Positions 24,717-32,469 of a stretch of DNA of 33,913 nt are shown here, piece by piece; position 1 is the first letter of the stretch, and each line of letters opens with the position of its first letter. The position numbers and the translations under genes are program-made. The stretch comes from a virus. Lineage: Duplodnaviria > Caudoviricetes. Under the pieces are notes generated by a model. It searched no databases and was not told where the DNA came from. It worked only from the letters and a program-made list of their open reading frames with translations. The stretch covers positions 1 to 33,913 of IMG/VR virus record IMGVR_UViG_3300020045_002634. One strand, written 5' to 3'.

Positions 24717-26251
24717 TGTGGCATTCCTTGTTGTGCTTGCGCCATAGCCTCAGCGTTCTGAGCTGTGTTCTGTGCAAGTTCTTGTTGTTCCTGAGCGCTT
24801 CTCATAAGAGTCAAAGGAACACCTAATTTATCCGCTATAAACTTAGGCACTTCTTCCATCTTCACGGTTAATTGCATAAGCTCAGGCCCTAATTGTACCA
24901 TCTGTTGCATAAAACTATTAAGTGCTGATAGTTCCTCTAGGTCTTGTGAACGGCTCATAGGTGAGGTGAACTTAATCGTTACCTCTTTACCATCTACGCG
25001 GAACTCAGGCAGCTTGCCTTGTTTCTTTAGAATATCAACGACACGCTTTAATAGTGGCTCTAGCAACTCAGACTGCATACGGCCAAACGCTGACGCTGAG
25101 GTCTGCACTAAGTCCTCTTGACGAATACCCATCTCAGTAGCAGTACGCACTGGAGTTTCGCTTAGTTGTCCGAACGGTTGAGCAAACATAACATTGTTGA
25201 TAAGCTCACGGTACTCTTGGATAATAAGCTGTGCCATGTTAAAGTCACCGCTACGGTCTAGTGGTCTAAGCGTTGGGTTATCTGTTGCATTACTACCAAC
25301 TGGAATAATTGCCCCTGGCTGTAACCGTAGCGTATATGGATTGATGACACCATCATCACTCGCTGTATAGATACCACTGATAGATAGCGCAGCATTGCGT
25401 AGGTTAAACTCTACAATCTTATTGAGTGTCATAATATCAGGCAATAGGGTCATAATACGACCACGGCCAATAGTTTCGCCAGGTATTACACTCTCACGAA
25501 ATACAATAAACGGATTAGAGTCTAGTGTTTCGCTGAATAAGACATGCTTCTCTTTCTCATGGAAGATGAGGTGCTGGTATTTGTCCTCTTTCTGCTTTGT
25601 CTCAAACTCATACACACACTCGACTAGCTCCACTTCTACGCTGCCATCTTTAGCTAGGTCTTTCTCCATACTCTGTGATAGTTTAGCATTAGGCCATATC
25701 TCTTTAATATCACGTAATGCCATCTTGAACTCACGGAATACATTATCAATCTTGCCTTGTGATGTTTTCTCAGGGATAAGCTCAGACAATGAGACACATC
25801 GAAACTTCAATGAAGTCTTAATACCGTCACCAGCTTCTACAAGGATAGCTCCAGTAGATACGCCAAGGTCTAAGAATGCCTCATGTATCTGTGTATCAAA
25901 GTTAGAGTGATTGATATTATCGAATATGATTTTAGTGGCTTTCTCTAAATACTCATTCGCTTTTTCTTGTTCTTCCTCTGGAATATCTGTACCAGCTTTG
26001 AGGACTAGCCATTGCTTCCAAGGTGGTACGACTTGCGACTGCATACGGTTTGCATACTTCTGTAACGCAATAATGGCAGTGGAGTCGAATACATCATGGT
26101 TCTTCTTCTGCCCAGGTGAGTACATATCAAGCGTTTCACGCTCAGGCATAGAATACTTGTAACAGTCTTTTAAATGACTGCGCCACTTATCTTTATTGTT
26201 TTTGGCGTGTTCTTTTCGCTTGACTATCTGTTCTAGATTCAGCTCTTGCAT
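24713..26251 (-). CDS. Portal (head-tail connector) protein
   Basis: FDSTA..A, SNF....E..LDL...TG, GE..GRG, TATE...R, GR.Q.E.L.P. Confidence 0.93.
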   Translation of the reverse strand: MQELNLEQIVKRKEHAKNNKDKWRSHLKDCYKYSMPERETLDMYSPGQKKNHDVFDSTAIIALQKYANRMQSQVVPPWKQWLVLKAGTDIPEEEQEKANEYLEKATKIIFDNINHSNFDTQIHEAFLDLGVSTGAILVEAGDGIKTSLKFRCVSLSELIPEKTSQGKIDNVFREFKMALRDIKEIWPNAKLSQSMEKDLAKDGSVEVELVECVYEFETKQKEDKYQHLIFHEKEKHVLFSETLDSNPFIVFRESVIPGETIGRGRIMTLLPDIMTLNKIVEFNLRNAALSISGIYTASDDGVINPYTLRLQPGAIIPVGSNATDNPTLRPLDRSGDFNMAQLIIQEYRELINNVMFAQPFGQLSETPVRTATEMGIRQEDLVQTSASAFGRMQSELLEPLLKRVVDILKKQGKLPEFRVDGKEVTIKFTSPMSRSQDLEELSALNSFMQQMVQLGPELMQLTVKMEEVPKFIADKLGVPLTLMRSAQEQQELAQNTAQNAEAMAQAQQGMPQ

Positions 26252-26369
26252 CTTCTTCCTTTACTTGGCATTTACAGTTGAGATTATCGAAGGCTTTTCC
26301 AGGTTCAATGATAGTTTTATTTTGGCATTTATCGCACCAAATAATTGTGTAGTTTTGTGTCTGATACAT
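26193..26369 (-). CDS. 58-aa putative Zn-binding protein (CxxC...CxC) overlapping the portal start
   Basis: My translation: MYQTQNYTIIWCDKCQNKTIIEPGKAFDNLNCKCQVKEEDARAESRTDSQAKRTRQKQ*; AGGA SD. Confidence 0.55.
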   Translation of the reverse strand: MYQTQNYTIIWCDKCQNKTIIEPGKAFDNLNCKCQVKEEDARAESRTDSQAKRTRQKQ

Positions 26370-26372
26370 AAG

Positions 26373-26699
26373 TTATCCTAGTGTTGATGTAGTTGCTACG
26401 CCAGTTTCAGAACCTGACAATAGACTGCCTCTACCAGCTTTTTTAAGCTCCATACGCTTACGTCTTTCTTCTAGACTCTTTTCTGCTTCTGCCTTGGCTG
26501 ATGCTAGTGCTGCTTTCTGCTCACCCATTGCTGCTTTCTCTGCACTTGTTTCACGGCCAGTCATACCTCTGATAGTATCACTTTTTTCTAGTTTGTTATA
26601 AACTTCACTAAGACCGCCCGTAGCTACGCCTTGCGCGAATCTATTATTCACAAGTGACTCAAACGGTTTAGTAATTGCTTTTAGTGGATTTCCGCCCAT
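26373..26699 (-). CDS. Small virion assembly protein (T7 gp7.3-like position)
   Basis: MGG start and terminal GRGSLLSGS..G...TLG, typical of pre-portal genes. Confidence 0.75.
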   Translation of the reverse strand: MGGNPLKAITKPFESLVNNRFAQGVATGGLSEVYNKLEKSDTIRGMTGRETSAEKAAMGEQKAALASAKAEAEKSLEERRKRMELKKAGRGSLLSGSETGVATTSTLG

Positions 26700-27064
26700 G
26701 TATGCTTCCTTTTAATGTATTTATATAACTGATAAGGACTCCATACAAAAGGCGCATGAATTCCTAGAACTTGTTTCACAATTGTAACACAACTATCAGG
26801 AGTTGGCACCCACCACCACCACTGAGCTCGTACGGTTCTCTTGCTCTTAACTTTGATGATGAAGCCATCACCGATATGCTTTTCTATTTGGTCTATTGTA
26901 ACAGTACCAAACTGCACATACATTTTACCATGCTCTAATACTGCATATTGATTCTCATTGACAGGATAAAAGATGAAGCAATGGCTAAAACCTTTCTTCT
27001 CGAACTTAGCATACAAGCCACTATCATTACCCATAAACGCTACATAGTACCACTCGTTAAGCAT
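26681..27064 (-). CDS. Permuted papain-like (NlpC/P60) protein
   Basis: GFSHC preceding SCV..VK..LG....W.P.QLY; start re-called at the TGATG overlap with GGAG SD. Confidence 0.65.
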   Translation of the reverse strand: MLNEWYYVAFMGNDSGLYAKFEKKGFSHCFIFYPVNENQYAVLEHGKMYVQFGTVTIDQIEKHIGDGFIIKVKSKRTVRAQWWWWVPTPDSCVTIVKQVLGIHAPFVWSPYQLYKYIKRKHTWAEIH

Positions 27065-28479
27065 CAGAACACACTCCAATCATTAGCTTTAGTGCTGTAT
27101 CCATTATCAAACGCCTCTTTGAACTTAGATGATGATACTAGCTCACGTGTTCCACCTATTCCATCAACGAGATAAGCTAGTGCATCTGCCACGTGACTGT
27201 AACTATTCTTATCGGGTGCTTCTGCATAACGCTCACCGCTTACATTCACACGCTTGTATTGATATGAGCCAGCTAGTGCCTTGCGTATATGCGTACACTT
27301 ATCACTTACTACTAATGATGGGAAGCCTTGAATGATTGTGTTTAGTTTCTTTTTTACTGCCTCGATAACTACGCTAGGCTTATTTGTAGATGCAGTACGC
27401 ACTGATAGACCAGCATTACGCCATACCATAACCTGAGTACGATCATCAAGTTGAGTACGTGAGTTGGCAGCAGGGTCTAAGTATATCTCATGCTTGAAGC
27501 CTTCATAGTTTGCCGTTAAGTGATTAGCTACAATATTACCAAACTCAGCACTTCCAATATCATCTGATATTAACTCATCAAACACTACTAATCGCCCGAA
27601 CTTATCGACCTGACCTATAAGTATCGCTGAGGTTCTACCGTTGTCACCACCTATTACCAGTGGCAATAGCTTATCAGGTGGTGCTAGTTTATGATGTTCT
27701 ACACAATGAAAGCGATCATTATACTCAGGATACACAGGCTTACCATGTGATAGCGGTATGAACTTACATCGTATCATTACATCAATCCAGTCTTGCGGCT
27801 TTCCCTTTATAAAGCCTCGATAGTATTCATACGGTAGGTTATCTAGGTTTTCGGCTAATGGATTAACCTCTCCATCTTCTAGGATAGCCTCTGGTTGTAA
27901 AAATACGTGATGATTATCAGGTCTATACTCAAAGAACTTCTTATACATCCAATGCTCATTATCGCAAGCATTACTGTCAGCCCACGCCTGAGGAGCTGTA
28001 GCACCTATTCCTCTTGACATAGCAGGATAACGCCCAAGTCGTGACGTTACGTTGTCTAGTGCCTCTCTAGGCAGCTCTCGTAGCTCATTCAGATATGCGT
28101 AGGTAATTTCAAGTGATAGTAGCTTCTTCATATCGTCAGGCTTGTCAAGAGAACGGAATAGTATCTCAGCGTGAACACCGCCGTGATTATAGAGAGCAGT
28201 AAGATTACCCCAGTTAAATTTCAATGTATCACCGAACCATCCAGCGAATGACTTGATCGTAGTATCCTTTAACTCTGCATACGTGTTACGTACTACAACG
28301 GTACGAGTGTATCGTATGCCATCAGCGCTAGGCTTCTGCTCATGTATCAGCTTCTGCCACTTGATGATACTCCCTAGCGTTTTGCCTGAACCAATAGGCC
28401 CAACGATAAGCGACACGAAGCCATCTTGCTTGATATACTTAGCAACAGTAGGTTGAGCTTTGTATTTAATTACTTTCAT
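27064..28479 (-). CDS. terL: Terminase large subunit
   Basis: GPIGSGKT Walker A, VVRNTY.EL..TT, YLNELRE Walker-B-like, GGDNG, DPA, SHVADAL nuclease motifs. Confidence 0.93.
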   Translation of the reverse strand: MKVIKYKAQPTVAKYIKQDGFVSLIVGPIGSGKTLGSIIKWQKLIHEQKPSADGIRYTRTVVVRNTYAELKDTTIKSFAGWFGDTLKFNWGNLTALYNHGGVHAEILFRSLDKPDDMKKLLSLEITYAYLNELRELPREALDNVTSRLGRYPAMSRGIGATAPQAWADSNACDNEHWMYKKFFEYRPDNHHVFLQPEAILEDGEVNPLAENLDNLPYEYYRGFIKGKPQDWIDVMIRCKFIPLSHGKPVYPEYNDRFHCVEHHKLAPPDKLLPLVIGGDNGRTSAILIGQVDKFGRLVVFDELISDDIGSAEFGNIVANHLTANYEGFKHEIYLDPAANSRTQLDDRTQVMVWRNAGLSVRTASTNKPSVVIEAVKKKLNTIIQGFPSLVVSDKCTHIRKALAGSYQYKRVNVSGERYAEAPDKNSYSHVADALAYLVDGIGGTRELVSSSKFKEAFDNGYSTKANDWSVF

Positions 28480-28876
28480 CGCCCAGGTCTATTTGAAATG
28501 TGACACCCACAGCACCACTAAGCTCAGTCTGATTCTTCTGAATGTAGATACCATCCATCTTATTCAGTATCTCAATAGCCTTAGTAGCATCATTGAACCC
28601 AGCATTACCATCTTTATCATACGTCACATTCTTAGCGATTAAGCTAAGCAGTTCTTTACGTTCTTCTACGCTCATAATAGCCTTAGATTCTGCCTTACTT
28701 CTTAGTTCTTTAAGCCTTGCCGTGATAGTGCCGTTTGCCATTAGCTCAGTAGCTTTACGATAAATACTCTCAGGCTTCATATTCTCAGTGTTATAGCATT
28801 GTTTATATGACTCCGCTGCATTACTGTTTTGAATATAGGCTAAACAGAAATTTTCCTGCTTCTGTGTAATAGCCAT
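28466..28876 (-). CDS. terS: Terminase small subunit
   Basis: T.KQE.FC..Y...NA.E.Y...Y and KAIEILNKM.G; directly upstream of TerL; AAGGAG SD. Confidence 0.9.
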   Translation of the reverse strand: MAITQKQENFCLAYIQNSNAAESYKQCYNTENMKPESIYRKATELMANGTITARLKELRSKAESKAIMSVEERKELLSLIAKNVTYDKDGNAGFNDATKAIEILNKMDGIYIQKNQTELSGAVGVTFQIDLGDESN

Positions 28877-29106
28877 TACGACTCCTTCACAATAGGCTCA
28901 CCGACTTCATCAGCTTTGCCGGTACTGAGGAAACGGATGATAACTTCTCTACGTGCTACCTTGAAGTCTAGCTCCTGAATGAGTCTAGCGTCATCTATTG
29001 CATTCTCACGCATAGATTGTATTGTAGCCTCTAGGTATTCGATCTTGTTAAGTAGTGATTGTGTGTTCATGGTATGCCTTATAAATTCTGTCAATGTATG
29101 TTTCAT
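28876..29106 (-). CDS. Hypothetical coiled-coil protein (start may be 29070)
   Basis: TAATG overlap with TerS. Confidence 0.6.
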   Translation of the reverse strand: MKHTLTEFIRHTMNTQSLLNKIEYLEATIQSMRENAIDDARLIQELDFKVARREVIIRFLSTGKADEVGEPIVKES

Positions 29107-29251
29107 ACTTTGCTAGGAATAGATTAGAGATATTATACAACACTTTAGATGGTCTGCCCTTAGCGCCATTCTTCTTTATCTCAATAGCCACTAAGTAAAG
29201 GTCATCGTCGAATAGTTCACATATTAGATAGAACTTATTGATAACATCCAT
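29048..29251 (-). CDS. Hypothetical protein, first late-arm gene
   Basis: GGAGG SD, downstream of the leftward promoters. Confidence 0.7.
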   Translation of the reverse strand: MDVINKFYLICELFDDDLYLVAIEIKKNGAKGRPSKVLYNISNLFLAKYETYIDRIYKAYHEHTITT

Positions 29252-29297
29252 TAAAACTATCCTCCACTAATAGTCACCACCTTTTTGAGCTGTAATA

Positions 29298-29319
29298 AGT
29301 ATACCTAAAAATTACTAAA
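29298..29319 (-). promoter_or_regulatory. Leftward promoter (TTTAG-N11-TATACT)
   Basis: Same spacing as P1 and P2; about 45 nt upstream of the first late gene. Confidence 0.55.
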
Positions 29320-29465
29320 TCCGCACAAATATTTGTACGTTCTATAAAAAGAGTTTGTGATTGAATTAGTGGGGATTTATTTTTGAAGAAATTAAGCGGA
29401 GTTAAGAAGGTGAAAAAAATTCTCCGCTAGTATCGGTAACGATTTAACGTTAAACGGATAGGAGC

Positions 29466-29487
29466 ATTATATCAGCACAGTCCTTAA
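29466..29487 (-). promoter_or_regulatory. Leftward promoter (TTAAG-N11-TATAAT)
   Basis: Consensus -10 with the same upstream motif and spacing. Confidence 0.65.
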
Positions 29488-29521
29488 ATATGCCATTAAG
29501 AAAAAATAATAAAAAAATGCA

Positions 29522-29807
29522 AAATTTCGGTTTCACGGCAAAATCAGTTTCCTAGGGTGTCCGTGAAACCGTGAAACCGTGAAACCCAGTAAAATAGGGC
29601 TTTATGGCGTGTCTATTTTTGATTAAAATAAAAATTAACCCTATAAAAAAGAGTGAAGCCGTGAAACCGAATCTATAAAATACTTAAATTACTTAAATTT
29701 ACTATTGACTTTTAGAGAGAATTTGGGTACGATTACATGTTTCGTTTAATTCATTGAATGAAACTTGTTAATCGACTTTAAGCCGTGAAACCGTGAAACC
29801 GAAATTT
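29522..29807. repeat. Iteron-like CCGTGAAA repeats with a flanking 17-bp inverted repeat; putative replication origin
   Basis: Forward copies x3 at 29561-29584, x1 at 29659, x2 at 29783-29798; reverse copy within 29528-29538; AT-rich spacers; upstream of the primase operon. Confidence 0.75.
29705..29733 (+). promoter_or_regulatory. Sigma70-type promoter TTGACT-N17-TACGAT
   Basis: Read directly; followed by a hairpin at 29739-29764. Confidence 0.6.
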
Positions 29808-29857
29808 ATTTTATAAACCGTAAGGATGTTTTAATTTAATAATCGTGATAATGTTCT

Positions 29858-29953
29858 AAACTCTTATCGGTTCTCAAGCCAAGGTTATCTTAATTGATAA
29901 CCGATAAGAGTTTGTTTTAATTTATTTTAATACGTGTGATTGGCTTGAGAACC
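29858..29953 (+). ncRNA. Candidate antisense/attenuator leader RNA with mutually exclusive pairings
   Basis: Perfect 15-bp inverted repeat 29858-29872 / 29899-29913 plus T tract; perfect 14-bp complement 29869-29882 / 29940-29953; TTAAT-N11-GATAAT promoter at 29831-29852. Confidence 0.65.
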
Positions 29954-29992
29954 CCTTCACTCCTCTTATAATCCTTTCTCGAAAGTTTTACC

Positions 29993-30448
29993 ATGTTAAA
30001 GTTTCTTGTCAATACTGGCGTAAAAATACCAGAAAGATTGAAATATAAAAAGCGAATGCACGCAATTTTTTTATGTGATTGTGGCGATGTTGTTGAGCTT
30101 GAAAAGAGAGCAGTTTCTAGAAAAATAATTACTCAATGTAGTAATTGTAATAGTGGTATTAATAGCTCATACGACATAAAAACATATAAGTCATACGAGC
30201 TTGTTGATATTCTTAATATTGACATGAGCGGAGAGAAATATGACAGGAATAGAGATCGCTCTAGAATTGTAAATATAAAATTAGTAGAGCTTGGGTATTT
30301 GTATGTAGTGCATCTTGACGAAGATAAAATATCTTACAAAAGTGTTTTAACTAAAAAATCATTAGAAAATGGATTTGGACATTTAGACATTAACGAAAAA
30401 ATAGTATGGACTCAGAAAATATATGACCTACTAAAGGCTATGCAATGA
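29993..30448 (+). CDS. Putative DNA-binding protein (CDCG...CxxC module plus KilA-C/antirepressor-like C-terminus)
   Basis: FLCDCG...QCSNC, then VN.KL.ELGY....LTKK....G.....WTQKI..LL. Confidence 0.6.
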   Translation: MLKFLVNTGVKIPERLKYKKRMHAIFLCDCGDVVELEKRAVSRKIITQCSNCNSGINSSYDIKTYKSYELVDILNIDMSGEKYDRNRDRSRIVNIKLVELGYLYVVHLDEDKISYKSVLTKKSLENGFGHLDINEKIVWTQKIYDLLKAMQ

Positions 30449-32469
30449 TCCACGAAATTAAAACCAAACTATCAATCATTGATTTAGCAGAACGATACAA
30501 CGCCGAACCTTTCGGAGGCGGTAATGTTGTCAATACAAAAAAGAATCCTCTGCGAGATGAAAAAACATCTTCCCTAAAACTATACCGCTCGACAAATACT
30601 TGGCACGACTTCGGAAGTTCTGAGGGTGGCGATGTTATTGACTTCTATTCAATCGTAAACGGCATAAGTGTACCCGATGCGATCAGAGCCTTGAAAGACG
30701 AATTGCACATACAAGGTGACATCGAAACGGTACACCGCTTTGTAACCGAATCGGAATACATGAAGCCCGCCATTGTAAAGAAGATTTTTAGCCAACAAAT
30801 CCCGATCGACGAATCAAAGCATAAAAAAGAACTCCACGCCATCGCCCCTGAATGGCTTTATAAAGAAGCCCACGAAATTGACCGCCAAAAATTCTTCGAT
30901 ATAGTCCGGGTAAATGTGCAGGATAAAACCGCCAATGCTTCGGCTATGGTATTGCTGCACGATGAGAACGGAATAGAGCGATCCATCCGATACCGCCGCC
31001 GTGAGATACGAGGCGATATGAAAAAATGGGTGGCTATGCCCGACACTCAAAGCTCAGTACACTATACACGTATAAAAGACAGCTCACCGTTCACGCTGAT
31101 AGTAGAGGGAACGCACGACTACCTCACCGCTATCCTTGCGGGGTACAGCGTGATTGCTATCCCGTCCGCTAAATTTAAATTGAGCAATGAATTATTAGAA
31201 AATCGTCTATGCGTATTCATTGACGACGACGACGGCAAAGACATGATGCTAGAAACTTTCACTAATGCACTTTGTGAAAAAATATGGTTTAAGCACGCTG
31301 ATTTTAAAAAGATAATCGGAAACGAAACGGCCAAAGACTTCTCGGATTATTTGGAACATTTCTCTAGCATTGCGGAATTTAAAAACGCTTTTGATGATTT
31401 CGTGCTATCCTCAAAAATCGGCGATCAATCCCACTTCTTGGATATTATCGGGCGGGGTCTGACAGTTGAAATGCTGGACGGAATTAAGCAAGAGGCCGCT
31501 ATCTATGACGGATTCATTTATGAGAATAATATTAATATGATCTTCGCCGATGGTGGGGTCGGTAAATCGGTTCTATCGCTTGGAATATGTAACCATGCCC
31601 TTACCCATAATAAAGCCGATATGGTGCTTTATATCGACGCTGACAATGGCGCATCGACAATCAAAACACGCCTCCCAAAATTATTAGAAGTATTTGGCGA
31701 AAAATTGCAGTATTACGGATTGGTCGGCAAGGATAGAGAGGACATCGTAGCGATTATTGATAAACTGGGAATGATACGAAATAATAATGATAGGGTTATG
31801 GTGGTGGTAGATTCGCTTTCATTTTTTGTGGACGGCACTACCAATGATGATACGATAATTAAACCATTCATGGAGAAGATTAAAAAGATACGTGACAATT
31901 TCAAAGCAACGGTTATTCTTTTGCACCACGTTAAGAAGCCACAAAAAGAGGATAAGTTCCCTACCTTTATCGGCTCGGTTGTTATTAAAAACTCATGCGA
32001 CACCGCATGGGCGATGATACGCAATAAGCAAAAAGTCACGATCAAGAAAGAAAAAGCCCGCCCGATTGATGCACACGATATGTTTACCATTGACATTGAT
32101 TACAAAAACATGAAAATATTATCATCCGATAAAGTGGATGAGAGCGAAGTAGAAGAAGTTGAGGACAACGTGGGCCGTGATAATGAAATCGCGGAAGAGG
32201 TACATGAGTTTTTGATGAGCATGCCAGAATTTCAATGTAAGCAATCTGACCTAAATGATAAGTTTGTGGGAAGCATAGGGAAAAATAGAATGTATAAATT
32301 AATGAGGGATGAAAAATACTCAAAGGTTTTATGGAGAGTTTTTAAGGGGACGAATAACGCTTGGATGTATGCAGGGATTGAACAAAAAGGATCCACCTCC
32401 CCCCAAATAGTTGAGTACAAAATGGAGAATGATATGATAATTGATATGGCTGGGGGGGAACTTTTTTGA
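30445..32469 (+). CDS. Primase-helicase (ZBD-like + TOPRIM + RepA/AAA_25-type ATPase)
   Basis: PLRDEKT.S...WHDFG...GGDVIDF; IVEG..D, IDDDDG, KDFSD; ADGGVGKS, YIDAD, VVVDSL, LLHHVKK. Confidence 0.9.
   Translation: MIHEIKTKLSIIDLAERYNAEPFGGGNVVNTKKNPLRDEKTSSLKLYRSTNTWHDFGSSEGGDVIDFYSIVNGISVPDAIRALKDELHIQGDIETVHRFVTESEYMKPAIVKKIFSQQIPIDESKHKKELHAIAPEWLYKEAHEIDRQKFFDIVRVNVQDKTANASAMVLLHDENGIERSIRYRRREIRGDMKKWVAMPDTQSSVHYTRIKDSSPFTLIVEGTHDYLTAILAGYSVIAIPSAKFKLSNELLENRLCVFIDDDDGKDMMLETFTNALCEKIWFKHADFKKIIGNETAKDFSDYLEHFSSIAEFKNAFDDFVLSSKIGDQSHFLDIIGRGLTVEMLDGIKQEAAIYDGFIYENNINMIFADGGVGKSVLSLGICNHALTHNKADMVLYIDADNGASTIKTRLPKLLEVFGEKLQYYGLVGKDREDIVAIIDKLGMIRNNNDRVMVVVDSLSFFVDGTTNDDTIIKPFMEKIKKIRDNFKATVILLHHVKKPQKEDKFPTFIGSVVIKNSCDTAWAMIRNKQKVTIKKEKARPIDAHDMFTIDIDYKNMKILSSDKVDESEVEEVEDNVGRDNEIAEEVHEFLMSMPEFQCKQSDLNDKFVGSIGKNRMYKLMRDEKYSKVLWRVFKGTNNAWMYAGIEQKGSTSPQIVEYKMENDMIIDMAGGELF

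Noticed and set aside
11106-28642. Many short + strand ORFs inside the late arm, and - strand ORFs inside 30645-33877
   Set aside because: Antisense shadows of well-supported genes, with no SD or family motifs.
9087-29251. Stop-codon reassignment suggested by abundant CTAG/TAG words
   Set aside because: Genes are full length under the standard code and TAG is used as a real stop (for example at 19270 and 22860).
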